NCBI GenBank assembly: GCA_015233115.1
Contig: JADFYJ010000001.1
Location: forward strand, 195,084-259,083
Length of the DNA stretch: 64,000 nt
Source of the DNA: Candidatus Omnitrophota bacterium
Lineage (GTDB): Bacteria; Omnitrophota; Gorgyraeia; Zapsychrales; Zapsychraceae
Reading direction: 5' to 3'
Shown one piece after another: positions 17,098 to 27,046 of this stretch. A model generated the notes under the pieces. It had not been told where the DNA came from and did no database searches. It saw nothing but the letters and a program-made list of their open reading frames with translations. Position 1 is the first letter of the stretch. Every line of letters begins with the position of its first letter. Made by a program: the position numbers and the translations under genes.

Positions 17098-20000
17098 ATG
17101 AACTTTACTGATATTTTCATCAAACGACCCGTCCTGGCAACTGTGTTAAGTTTATTTATTCTAGTTTTAGGTATCCGCTCGGTTAGTTTACTGGGAGTGC
17201 GTGAATATCCTAAAACTCAAAACGCGGTGGTCAGCGTAACTACGGTTTATACCGGTGCGGACCCTGCTTTAGTATCAGGCTTTATTACAACGCCCCTTGA
17301 AAATTCTATTGCTCAAGCAGATGGGATTGATTATTTAACCTCATCCAGCTCGTCAAATGTCAGTTTAATTAAAGCCAACCTTCGCTTAAATTATGATTCC
17401 AACAAAGCTTTGACCGAGATCAACACCAAAGTCAACGCTGTATTAAATCAATTACCTAAAGATGCGCAACAGCCCACAATAACTGTAGAGATTGGTGAAA
17501 CTGTTGATTCCATGTACATTGGATTTTATAGCAAAGATTTGCCAACAAATAAACTTTCCGACTATTTAATCCGTGTCGTACAACCCAAACTACAAACTGT
17601 TCCTGGGGTACAAACAGCGGAGATTTTGGGCAAACGGCAATTTGCCATGCGGGCATGGCTTGACCCAGTCAAAATGGCTGGGCATCAAGTAACGGCACTC
17701 GATATCAGTAATGCGCTCGCTGCCAATGATTTTATTTCTGCGGTCGGCAGTACAAAAGGACAAATGGTTAGTGTTGATTTGATAGCGTCAACCGGACTTC
17801 ACACCATTGATGAATTTAAAAATTTAGTTATTAAAAATGTAAATGGTGCTATTGTTCGTTTAAATGATGTTAGTAAAGTGACATTAGGATCTGATAACTA
17901 TGATATTTCAGTGTCATTTGATGGAGTTAATGCGGTTTTTATTGGTATTAAAGTTGCCCCGACCGCCAATTTATTAACGGTTATTGATGAGGTGCGTAAA
18001 ACTTTTCCTACGATTCAGGCTCAGCTTCCATCAGGATTAGAAGGACGTATTGTTTATGACGCGACCAAATATATAAACAGCTCAATCCATGAAGTGATTA
18101 AAACACTGGTAGAATCACTTTTGATTGTAACCTTGGTGATCTTTCTATTTTTAGGTTCTTTTCGATCAGTTCTTATTCCAGTCATTGCAATGCCACTATC
18201 CTTGATTGGTACTTTTTTTATGATGCTGATTCTTGGATATACGATCAATTTGCTGACCCTTTTAGCCCTGGTGCTTTCAATCGGCTTAGTCGTTGATGAT
18301 GCCATTATTATTGTTGAAAATATCCACCGGCATATTGAAGAAGGATTGCCGCCTTTAAAAGCCGCGTTAAAAGGTGCGGCAGAGTTGGCAGGACCGATCA
18401 TCGCTATCTCTGTCGTTCTGGTCGCTGTTTACATCCCCATTGGATTTATGGGAGGGCTGACTGGGGCACTTTTTACGGAATTCGCGTATACACTCGCAGG
18501 AGCCGTGGCCATTTCCGCACTTATTGCTTTGACCTTGTCCCCAATGATGTGCTCAATATTTTTAAAGTCTCACGATAAAAACGCACGGCATTCATTCATT
18601 GATTTTGTGGATGAACAATTTAATCAACTACGGAATATATATGAAAAATTTTTGCAAGACGTTTTAAATTATTTACCCGTGATTGCCATATTCGCTATTA
18701 TTATTTTGTTTAGCAATTATTTTTTGTATACCAGTGCTAAAAAAGAACTCGCACCTCAAGAAGATCAAGGTTTCCTGTTAGCTTTTCATACTGGTGCTCC
18801 AACAGCGTCTCTAGACCAAACGCTTTTATTTTCAAAACAAATTCATGATACATTAGCGGCTATTCCTGAAATGGATCATATTTTTCAGTTCGAAGGCATT
18901 TACGGACTCAATTCAGGTATTGCCGGAATGGTTTTAAAACCATGGGAAGAACGCAAACGGCATTCGGACATTATTCAACAAGAAACACAAATGAAATTGG
19001 GCCATATTGCCGGTGTCAACGCGGTAGTATTTCCCCCGCCTCCGCTTCCCGGTGGAGGGGAAGGGCTTCCTCTTCAATTTGTCATTGGAACCACAGATTC
19101 AGCGCAACAACTAGACAAAGTCGCCCAAACTTTTATTCAAAAAGCCTATATGAGCGGTCAGTTTGTTTATCTCGATTCTGATCTTAAAATCGATAAACCA
19201 CAAACAGAAATTCAAATTGACCGGGACAAAGCGGCTCAGCTCGGGTTATCCATGCGTGATATCGGCGGATCTTTAGGTTATATGCTAGGTGGAGGTTATA
19301 TTAATTATTTTAGCCTAGCCGGGCGTTCTTACAAAGTTATTCCCCAGGTTATGCAAAGCGAACGTCTTAACGCTGCGCAGTTAAGAGATTATTATATTAA
19401 TACCCCGCAGGGTGCTTTAATTTCTTTATCAACAATTGCAAAATTAAAAAATACGGTTGTACCTGAAACAATTAATCATTTTCAACAATTAAATTCCGCG
19501 ACTATTTCTGGCGTGCCTAATCCAAATTTCACTTTGGGACAAGCTTTGGAAAAAATGCAATCTCTGGCTAAAGAAGTTTTACCGCAAGGGTATAGCATTG
19601 ATTATGCCGGTCAATCCCGTCAATATGTTAAAGAATCAAGCGCGCTCTTGATAACTTTCTTTTTTGCCTTGATTATTATTTTCCTAGCACTAGCAGGATT
19701 ATTTGAGAGTTTTCGCGATCCATTAATTGTTCTTATTAGCGTGCCTATGTCTATTTGCGGAGCGATGATCTTTATTAGTCTAGGCATAGGAGGGGCGAGC
19801 TTAAATATTTTCACCCAAGTAGGCCTGGTGACGTTAATCGGTTTAATTAGTAAACATGGTATCTTAATTGTACAATTTGCCAATGATCTCCAACGAGAAG
19901 GTAAATCTAAATTTAATGCTATCCTTATGGCGAGCGGTATTCGATTAAGACCAATTTTAATGACCACGGCAGCTATGGTGTTGGGAGTTGTTCCGCTTGT

Positions 20001-20142
20001 GTTCGCCTCAGGTGCTGGCGCAGCTGGCCGTTTTAATATGGGTTTAGTCATTATGTCAGGAATCGCGATTGGCACACTATTCACACTTTTTGTAGTTCCT
20101 GCTATGTACATGCTATTAGCGGCAGATCATACCAAAAAATAA
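17098..20142 (+). CDS. RND efflux permease (AcrB/MexW-like)
   Basis: 1014 aa; FIKRPV, GLVVDDAII and RLRPILMT motifs. Confidence 0.95.
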   Translation: MNFTDIFIKRPVLATVLSLFILVLGIRSVSLLGVREYPKTQNAVVSVTTVYTGADPALVSGFITTPLENSIAQADGIDYLTSSSSSNVSLIKANLRLNYDSNKALTEINTKVNAVLNQLPKDAQQPTITVEIGETVDSMYIGFYSKDLPTNKLSDYLIRVVQPKLQTVPGVQTAEILGKRQFAMRAWLDPVKMAGHQVTALDISNALAANDFISAVGSTKGQMVSVDLIASTGLHTIDEFKNLVIKNVNGAIVRLNDVSKVTLGSDNYDISVSFDGVNAVFIGIKVAPTANLLTVIDEVRKTFPTIQAQLPSGLEGRIVYDATKYINSSIHEVIKTLVESLLIVTLVIFLFLGSFRSVLIPVIAMPLSLIGTFFMMLILGYTINLLTLLALVLSIGLVVDDAIIIVENIHRHIEEGLPPLKAALKGAAELAGPIIAISVVLVAVYIPIGFMGGLTGALFTEFAYTLAGAVAISALIALTLSPMMCSIFLKSHDKNARHSFIDFVDEQFNQLRNIYEKFLQDVLNYLPVIAIFAIIILFSNYFLYTSAKKELAPQEDQGFLLAFHTGAPTASLDQTLLFSKQIHDTLAAIPEMDHIFQFEGIYGLNSGIAGMVLKPWEERKRHSDIIQQETQMKLGHIAGVNAVVFPPPPLPGGGEGLPLQFVIGTTDSAQQLDKVAQTFIQKAYMSGQFVYLDSDLKIDKPQTEIQIDRDKAAQLGLSMRDIGGSLGYMLGGGYINYFSLAGRSYKVIPQVMQSERLNAAQLRDYYINTPQGALISLSTIAKLKNTVVPETINHFQQLNSATISGVPNPNFTLGQALEKMQSLAKEVLPQGYSIDYAGQSRQYVKESSALLITFFFALIIIFLALAGLFESFRDPLIVLISVPMSICGAMIFISLGIGGASLNIFTQVGLVTLIGLISKHGILIVQFANDLQREGKSKFNAILMASGIRLRPILMTTAAMVLGVVPLVFASGAGAAGRFNMGLVIMSGIAIGTLFTLFVVPAMYMLLAADHTKK

Positions 20143-20293
20143 AAACCGCAATCAACAACATTAATATTTCTTAATTTTAAGTTAATGTTTACTTAATTCT
20201 GTTTATATAAACTAAATTACTGTTAAATAAACCAAAATTTTGTTATATTTTATTTATAATACAAACGTAAACTTTTAACCATGAGGAGGCAGT

Positions 20294-20737
20294 ATGAAGG
20301 GTTCAAAATTATTTTTAACCAGTTTATTAATTTCTTGCTCCGTATTAGTATTAGCTTATACGCAAAAAGCTCAAGCGCAGACACCATCACCGGAACAATC
20401 TGGAACAGGCACCACAGCCCCTGCGGTACCTGTGGCTCCGGATCTAAAAGGTGATATTAAAAATGAAGCAAAAGAAATTCAAGGTGATAAAGCTAAAATA
20501 GTTGAAGAAAGCGAAGCTATTAAAGCTGACCGCCTAGCTTTAAAAGATGCTAAAGCAACGGGTGATAAAGAACAAATTAAAAGGGCCAGCGCTCAGCTAA
20601 GAAAAGATCAACGTAAAGAACGCGCGGCTAAAGGTGAGTTAAGCACAGATAAAAAGAATCACCACAAAGAGGGAAAATATCCTCGCAAACATAAAAAAGC
20701 TGCTGCGCAGATAACAACAGATCAAGCCGCGAAATAG
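20294..20737 (+). CDS. secreted Lys/Glu-rich helical hypothetical protein
   Basis: GAGGAGG SD, signal peptide ending AQA, charged helical body. Confidence 0.7.
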   Translation: MKGSKLFLTSLLISCSVLVLAYTQKAQAQTPSPEQSGTGTTAPAVPVAPDLKGDIKNEAKEIQGDKAKIVEESEAIKADRLALKDAKATGDKEQIKRASAQLRKDQRKERAAKGELSTDKKNHHKEGKYPRKHKKAAAQITTDQAAK

Positions 20738-20757
20738 TCACCTTATTCATTCTAAAA

Positions 20758-20791
20758 AAGCCTGTCTTTCGAAAGGGAGGCAGGCTTCTTT
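20758..20791 (+). terminator. intrinsic terminator
   Basis: AAGCCTGTCTTTC-GAAA-GGGAGGCAGGCTT followed by CTTT. Confidence 0.65.
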
Positions 20792-20832
20792 CATTAATTT
20801 TTTAAAATATTTCTAATTTAAATTCTCTCAAT

Positions 20833-21726
20833 TTGATATTTATGCCTGCAATAATTAATCTAAATCCTAAATATATATTTGCCACAAAAAAATATACTGA
20901 GAGATCTAAGTTTACGGAACTTTCTTGGGAAGGAACCAAGCCGACTGCTTGTATTTTAATTCACGGCATGACCGGCACCCCGCATGAAATGAAGTTTCTT
21001 GGGAATTTTTTAAGTAAAAAAGGCTATCCTGTCATCTGCCCGCGTTTAAAAAATCATGGAGCTCCGATTTCTGTTTTAAAATATACCAAATGGCAAGAAT
21101 TTTATCAATCTGCCCGGGAAGCGGTCCGACAAGCTCAAAAAAAATATCAGTCCATTTTTGTAGGCGGCTTATCAATGGGCGCGTTATTGGCACTGCTTTT
21201 GGCGGATGAATTTCCTAATTTTATTTCTGGGATTACCTGCCTTTCACCAACTTTATTTTACGATGGATGGAACACGCCAAAATCAAAATTTTTATTACCT
21301 TTAGCTTATGTGACGCCCTTAAAATATATAAGTTATTTCAAAGAAGACCCGCCTTATGGTATTAAAAATGAAGCGATCCGTAAAATTGTTCACCGCTATT
21401 ATAGTCGTGCTAAATTAAGTGATCTTTCCGGTGTAGAACAATATGGGTATCCATTTTTTCCGGTGACTTTGTTAGAACAATTGCAACTATTGGTAAAACA
21501 TTTAATTCCAAAATTAAAAAACATCACAATGCCGATTCAATTAATTCAAGCGGAACAAGATGACATGACCAGCGTCAAAAACTCGCAATTTATTTATGAC
21601 CGGGTTGGCTCATCTATAAAAGAAATGGTGCTGTTAAAAAATTCCTATCATGTGATTACTGCTGATCAAGAGCGTGATACTGTCGGGGAAAATATGGAAC
21701 AATTTTTTACCCGCATTTCGAGGTGA
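20833..21726 (+). CDS. alpha/beta hydrolase (carboxylesterase/lipase-like)
   Basis: LIHG, GLSMG nucleophile elbow, DD and SYH catalytic residues. Confidence 0.88.
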   Translation: MIFMPAIINLNPKYIFATKKYTERSKFTELSWEGTKPTACILIHGMTGTPHEMKFLGNFLSKKGYPVICPRLKNHGAPISVLKYTKWQEFYQSAREAVRQAQKKYQSIFVGGLSMGALLALLLADEFPNFISGITCLSPTLFYDGWNTPKSKFLLPLAYVTPLKYISYFKEDPPYGIKNEAIRKIVHRYYSRAKLSDLSGVEQYGYPFFPVTLLEQLQLLVKHLIPKLKNITMPIQLIQAEQDDMTSVKNSQFIYDRVGSSIKEMVLLKNSYHVITADQERDTVGENMEQFFTRISR

Positions 21727-22391
21727 GTTTGAAAAATATAAAGCCCAAATATAAAGTTTATTTTGATTTTGATAATACCATTACCTCCTATGATATTTTA
21801 GATGAGGTCATTAAGCGGTTTGCTATCAATTCTGAATGGAAAATTTGGGAAAAAAAATGGGCTGAAGGAAAAATCGGTTCTAAAGAATGTCTCACCCAAC
21901 AATTAAAATCATTGCGGGCTAGCCGGATGGACCTTATGGCTTATTTACATACCATAAAAGTTGATCCATACTTTAAAAAAATTTTAATTTGGCTAAAAGA
22001 TAAACGAATACCATATACCATTGTCAGCGACAGTTTTGCGTTATTGATTAAAACGATATTAAGCAATAACGAAATTCAGGATGTGAAAATCATTTGTAAT
22101 GGTTTGAAAATTGTTGAGGATCGATTCATTCCTGTATTCCCGCATGTCCATCAATGCCGGAATAAGTGCGGAAATTGTAAAAAAAGCCATCTTTTGCTTG
22201 ATCATCCCGCTCGTCACCAACGGATCTATATCGGTGACGGCCGTTCAGACATTTGCCCGGCTGAAAACGCGGATATTGTTTTTGCCAAAGGGACTTTACG
22301 TAACCATTTTAGTAAAAAAAGAAAAACTCACATTCCATTTGATAATCTGGGTGAGGTGTATCGACACTTAAAGGAGGCTAAACTTGAATAA
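21723..22391 (+). CDS. MtnX-like HAD-IB phosphatase
   Basis: DFDNTIT motif I, C..CK and IGDGRSD motifs. Confidence 0.85.
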   Translation: MSLKNIKPKYKVYFDFDNTITSYDILDEVIKRFAINSEWKIWEKKWAEGKIGSKECLTQQLKSLRASRMDLMAYLHTIKVDPYFKKILIWLKDKRIPYTIVSDSFALLIKTILSNNEIQDVKIICNGLKIVEDRFIPVFPHVHQCRNKCGNCKKSHLLLDHPARHQRIYIGDGRSDICPAENADIVFAKGTLRNHFSKKRKTHIPFDNLGEVYRHLKEAKLE

Positions 22392-23799
22392 CAAAAATGC
22401 AGCCACTATCAACACCAATGCTTCATTAAATCGTGAAGAGCTTTTAGCTTTAGAAGCCACGTATTGTTCGTGGGGGGATACAGTTCATTATGCCAAAAAT
22501 CCTAATATTTTTAAACGAAGTGAAGGGATCTTTCTTTATGACGATGAAGATACGGAATTTCTTGATCTGCAAATGTGGTATTCCGCGGGAAATTTTGGCT
22601 ATAAAAATCAACGGATCAATGATTCTCTTAAACGTCAAATTGATACCTTGCCACAATTAGCCTGCCAGTATTTGCATAAAGAAAAAATTCTATTAGCTGC
22701 CAATTTATCCCGACGGATGGAGCGGACTTGGGAAACTAAAGGTCGCGTTCATTTTAACGTGGGCGGTTCCGCGGCGATTGAAGACTCCATGAAAGTCATT
22801 CGTAATCATACCGGAAAAAATTTGGTTTTCGCTTTTATGGGAGGATACCACGGACGCACGCTTGGCGCCACATCCATTACCTCAAGTTACCGCTACCGTG
22901 AACGCTATGGCCATTTTTCCGACCGGGCCGTATTTATCCCTTACCCTTATTGTTTCCGTTGCCCTTATGATAAAAAACGCGATCATTGCGATATGCATTG
23001 TTTAAAGCAATTTGACCGCCTGTTTGAAACAGAATACCACACGGTTTGTAACCCCAAAACCCGCAATTGTGAATGTGCCGCTTTTTATGTAGAAGCCATT
23101 CAAGGCACGGGAGGATATATTATACCGCCGCGTGATTATTTTGTAGGCCTAAAAGAAATTCTTGACCGAAACAATGTCATGATGGTCGATGATGAAATAC
23201 AAATGGGATTTTTTAGGACTGGAAAATTTTGGGCCATCGAACATTTCAATGTTATTCCTGACGTGGTGGTTTTTGGTAAAGCCATGACCAACGGGCTGAA
23301 TCCATTATCCGGAATATGGGCAAAAGAAAAATTAATTTCACCGGCTGTTTTTCCGGCCGGATCAACCCACGCCACTTTTTCCTCAAATTCATTGGGAACA
23401 ACAGTGGGCTTAGAGGTCATGAAACTTATAGAAGAATCAGATTTCGCTACCCAAATTCCCAAAAAAGGTGAATATTTTATATCCCGTTTTAAACAATTAC
23501 AAAAACGTTATCCTCAGATCGGCAATGTGGATGGTTTAGGTTTAGCGTTAAGTATAGAAATGTGCCAAAAAGACGGCTACACGCCCAACCGTGAATTAAC
23601 GGACGCCATGATGAATATAGGACTCAGTGGCCAATTAACAGCCGGAGGCAAGAAGCGCGGTCTTATTCTTGATGTGGGAGGCTATTACAAAAATATTTTT
23701 ACACTAGCGCCATCATTTTATATTGAGGAACGTGAGATTGATTTAGCCATTGAGCTTTTTGAAGAAACATTGAAAAAAGGCATTCAGGAAACGGCTTAA
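22384..23799 (+). CDS. class III PLP-dependent aminotransferase
   Basis: GYHGRT, EAIQGTGG, DEIQMGFFRTG and FGKAMTNG motifs. Confidence 0.92.
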   Translation: MNNKNAATINTNASLNREELLALEATYCSWGDTVHYAKNPNIFKRSEGIFLYDDEDTEFLDLQMWYSAGNFGYKNQRINDSLKRQIDTLPQLACQYLHKEKILLAANLSRRMERTWETKGRVHFNVGGSAAIEDSMKVIRNHTGKNLVFAFMGGYHGRTLGATSITSSYRYRERYGHFSDRAVFIPYPYCFRCPYDKKRDHCDMHCLKQFDRLFETEYHTVCNPKTRNCECAAFYVEAIQGTGGYIIPPRDYFVGLKEILDRNNVMMVDDEIQMGFFRTGKFWAIEHFNVIPDVVVFGKAMTNGLNPLSGIWAKEKLISPAVFPAGSTHATFSSNSLGTTVGLEVMKLIEESDFATQIPKKGEYFISRFKQLQKRYPQIGNVDGLGLALSIEMCQKDGYTPNRELTDAMMNIGLSGQLTAGGKKRGLILDVGGYYKNIFTLAPSFYIEEREIDLAIELFEETLKKGIQETA

Positions 23800-23806
23800 A
23801 GGGATT

Positions 23807-24955
23807 ATGCAAGGATCCCCTTTAACAGCTTCCATTTATCGTTCCGTTGATGAAATTTCCGTCGACGCATGGGGCAGAATTTTTCCTTCGGTCGCGGAAA
23901 ATTACTTTTTTTACAAAGTAATCGAAAAAACTTTTCCGAAAGAATATAAATTTTATTATCTGGCAATCTATCAAGATAATAACATCGTTTGTCTAGTTCC
24001 CGCTTTTGTCACTGAATTTGCGCTTGATACCACAATAAAGGGGCCTTTAAAGTATTTTACCCAAAAAATCCGCAAAATTTTTCCACATCTATTCACTATT
24101 AAAGTTTTTATCTGCGGCAATCCTTTATCCGCAGGGAAAATGGGCGTAGTCCAACACAATCAGTCTCAAATTGCTCACATGTTAGAGCAAACGATAACGG
24201 CGATATCTCAACAGGAGAAAATTAATATTTGCGCCTTTAAAGACTTTCATCAGACATATACCTCATTTTTAGATCATCTGCTAGCCAGCCGATTTCATAA
24301 AATACCTAGTTTTCCTTCTGTAGAACTTAAAATTAACTTTAAATCTTTTGATGAATATCTTTCAACCCTTAGTAAATCGACTCGCAAAAGCCTTAAAAAA
24401 AAATTCAAAGAAATCGATGATCAGAAGGTTCTAAAAGTTGAAGTGGCGAATAACCTGGGAGATCTACTCGATGAGGCTTACATCCTTTACTTAAACACTC
24501 TTAAAAAAAGTGAAATTCAATTTGAGATTCTCCCGAAATCATTTTTTAAAAATATTGCGGAAAACATGCCGAACGCGGCAAAATTTTTCCTTTGGAAGCT
24601 TAATGGCAAATTAGTGGCTTTTGATCTTTGTCTCCTGCACGACAATCACTTAGTCGATGAATATATTGGTTTGGACTATGATGTGGCGTATCAATACCAT
24701 CTCTATTTTGATTCGTACCGCGTCATTATAAAATGGTGCATTGATCAGGGCATCCTGAATTATGAAGCGGGGGCTTTAAACTATGAACCTAAAAAACGCC
24801 TGGATTTTACATTTAATTTGCAATATATCTATGTCAAACATCGAAACCCTATTATCAATATTTTCATTAAAATTTTAGGAATCATGCTTAAACCGGAAAA
24901 TTTTGATCCAATTTTAAGATCTATATATTTAGATTCCGCAAAGATCAAAAAATAA
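23807..24955 (+). CDS. GNAT/FemAB-like acyltransferase
   Basis: SFDEYLSTLSKSTRKSLKKK, IGLDY...YHLY and YEPKKRL motifs. Confidence 0.75.
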   Translation: MQGSPLTASIYRSVDEISVDAWGRIFPSVAENYFFYKVIEKTFPKEYKFYYLAIYQDNNIVCLVPAFVTEFALDTTIKGPLKYFTQKIRKIFPHLFTIKVFICGNPLSAGKMGVVQHNQSQIAHMLEQTITAISQQEKINICAFKDFHQTYTSFLDHLLASRFHKIPSFPSVELKINFKSFDEYLSTLSKSTRKSLKKKFKEIDDQKVLKVEVANNLGDLLDEAYILYLNTLKKSEIQFEILPKSFFKNIAENMPNAAKFFLWKLNGKLVAFDLCLLHDNHLVDEYIGLDYDVAYQYHLYFDSYRVIIKWCIDQGILNYEAGALNYEPKKRLDFTFNLQYIYVKHRNPIINIFIKILGIMLKPENFDPILRSIYLDSAKIKK

Positions 24956-24990
24956 TTTCCTTCTACTAATCTATTTTTAGGCCACATTTT

Positions 24991-25881
24991 ATGCCCATAG
25001 TTAATAAATTGACCCGAATAATTTTTTGTATAATGAGCGTGATGTTTGTTTTAAATTTTTTTAATAACAAAGTATTTGCGGAAACTCAAAATTCACCAGA
25101 AAATACCGCTTTTGAATCAGACTCGACCGTTAAATATATGCCATCACAAAAACAAAAAAATGGGTCTGGAAAAATTACTATTATCGAAGCCAATTCCCAA
25201 CAAAGCTTTGAATTTAAAATTTTTCATAGCCTCCCAGTTATTTTTTCATTTGAAACAAAATATATCGGATTGAACCAAGCGACAGATTATCATTTCCCTG
25301 GATATTTGACGGCTGCGGGGTTTGACATAGAAACAACTGTGCCGGTGTTTAATTCTGATAAAACTTTCCTGCAACTGGGAGCCAACCCATCTTTTTATTC
25401 AGATACTTGGTCTTTTACGACTGATTCATTTCGGTTGCCACTGCGGGCCATATTAATCGATCGGCCTAATACCACACTTTTTCTTGTGTCCGGCATTGCT
25501 TTTTATCCTGATTTTGAAGAGAAAATTTATCCCCTCGTTGGTTTTATTTATAAGCCTAATGAAAAGTGGGTCTTTAATATAACATCTGAAAATCCAAATA
25601 TTATTTACTCATTAAATAAAAAAAATGAATTGTTCATTGAAGCGAACGCGTATCTGGATGAAGAATTTAATACGACCAAAGACAGTGTAAAAAATACAGT
25701 TTTGGAATTTAGGGAAATTTCCTTAGGAGGAGGACTCAGACATAAATTCAATTCTTGCGCGACCACTACTTTTTCTGTAGGTCAGGTGATTAACCGGGTC
25801 ATAAAATACAAAAATTCACCGGATGTTATCAGAATTAATAATGGCCTTTATGTGGAAATGAAATTTAATATCAAAATCTAA
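24991..25881 (+). CDS. putative outer-membrane beta-barrel protein
   Basis: Signal peptide, alternating aromatic-rich beta pattern and terminal beta-strand. Confidence 0.6.
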   Translation: MPIVNKLTRIIFCIMSVMFVLNFFNNKVFAETQNSPENTAFESDSTVKYMPSQKQKNGSGKITIIEANSQQSFEFKIFHSLPVIFSFETKYIGLNQATDYHFPGYLTAAGFDIETTVPVFNSDKTFLQLGANPSFYSDTWSFTTDSFRLPLRAILIDRPNTTLFLVSGIAFYPDFEEKIYPLVGFIYKPNEKWVFNITSENPNIIYSLNKKNELFIEANAYLDEEFNTTKDSVKNTVLEFREISLGGGLRHKFNSCATTTFSVGQVINRVIKYKNSPDVIRINNGLYVEMKFNIKI

Positions 25882-25911
25882 TCGAAATTATTATCATCAA
25901 ATAGATGATTC

Positions 25912-26283
25912 TTAACGGGCCACTAAATACACGCCGCATAAAATTAAAATTGTTCCCGCCACCCGGGTCCAATGCATGCGTTCTTTCAAAAAAATGTAAG
26001 ACGCGAAAAGAATTAGCACAAATTGCATGCTATCAACACACACCGCGACGCTGAGTTCAATATTGGCCAAGACCACAAACCATACTGTCCAGGAGACGGC
26101 AATACATCCAAAACCCAGCCAAACGGCAGGTATTTTTAACGCGTTAAAAATAAACCAAATTAACTCACCAAAATTACTTAACTTATAATTCTCTAAATGA
26201 TCGGCTGATTTTTTAAAACAGATCTGTTCTGCCGTAGAAAAAACACCATGAATAATAATAAGGAAAAAAATCATTAATGTCAT
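25912..26283 (-). CDS. EamA/SMR (ArnE/ArnF-like) small membrane transporter subunit
   Basis: 4 TM helices, FLKE...W..VAGTILILCGV; start overlaps the upstream partner's stop. Confidence 0.8.
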   Translation of the reverse strand: MTLMIFFLIIIHGVFSTAEQICFKKSADHLENYKLSNFGELIWFIFNALKIPAVWLGFGCIAVSWTVWFVVLANIELSVAVCVDSMQFVLILFASYIFLKERMHWTRVAGTILILCGVYLVAR

Positions 26284-26696
26284 AGCTTTTCTACCACCAT
26301 TCGAGTTGACTGAGAAATTAAGGTGACGCCAGCAATAATACAAAGGATACCTAGCCAGCGCGTAGAGGTAATATGTTCATGTAAAAATATCATAGATAAG
26401 AACGCCACAATAACATACGTCGCGCCGCCAACAGGAAAAGCAATGCTCAGATCTATGCGTGAAAGCACAGCCATCCAAATAACAAAATTTATGATATAAA
26501 ACAGAAAACCAATCCAAAAATTGGAGGCAGTCAATAAATGAGAAGCGAAGACCCAAATATTTTGCCAACTCACATGATGAATCTGAGTCGCCACAACACC
26601 TTTTTTAAAAAATAGTTCGCCAAACGATTCTGTAACGTCTGTCATTAAAACACTAAAATAAATTTTTAAAGTCAGATGATTTTTAAGTAGTTTCAT
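26280..26696 (-). CDS. EamA/SMR (ArnE/ArnF-like) small membrane transporter subunit
   Basis: VLSRIDLSIAFP and FLHEHITSTRWLG motifs. Confidence 0.82.
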   Translation of the reverse strand: MKLLKNHLTLKIYFSVLMTDVTESFGELFFKKGVVATQIHHVSWQNIWVFASHLLTASNFWIGFLFYIINFVIWMAVLSRIDLSIAFPVGGATYVIVAFLSMIFLHEHITSTRWLGILCIIAGVTLISQSTRMVVEKL

Positions 26697-26821
26697 ATGA
26701 AATCCTTTTAAATAAAAGTGTAATTAAACGAAATAATATCATATAATAAATAAATAAAGTTTTTTATTTTTATATTATATCTCGAACAAATTTGCATTCT
26801 ATCAGACAAAGGAGACACGAT

Positions 26822-27046
26822 ATGAACAAAAATAATATTTTACGAAGTATCAATCTCATTTTAGTTTTTTCATTTTTGATTCAAGGTTTGACTATTGTTT
26901 TCATGCTGTTTGATATGAAATTTCTGAATCCCAAATTAGTGTTCGCCTGGCACAAATATAATGGCTTAGTGTTGATTGCTCTGATCCTGCTTCATGTGAC
27001 ATTAAATTTTAGTTGGATCAAAACCAATTATTTTAAACGAACTTGA
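26822..27046 (+). CDS. small two-TM membrane protein (DUF4405-like)
   Basis: AGGAG SD; WH...G..L..L..LH..LN..WI pattern. Confidence 0.6.
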   Translation: MNKNNILRSINLILVFSFLIQGLTIVFMLFDMKFLNPKLVFAWHKYNGLVLIALILLHVTLNFSWIKTNYFKRT

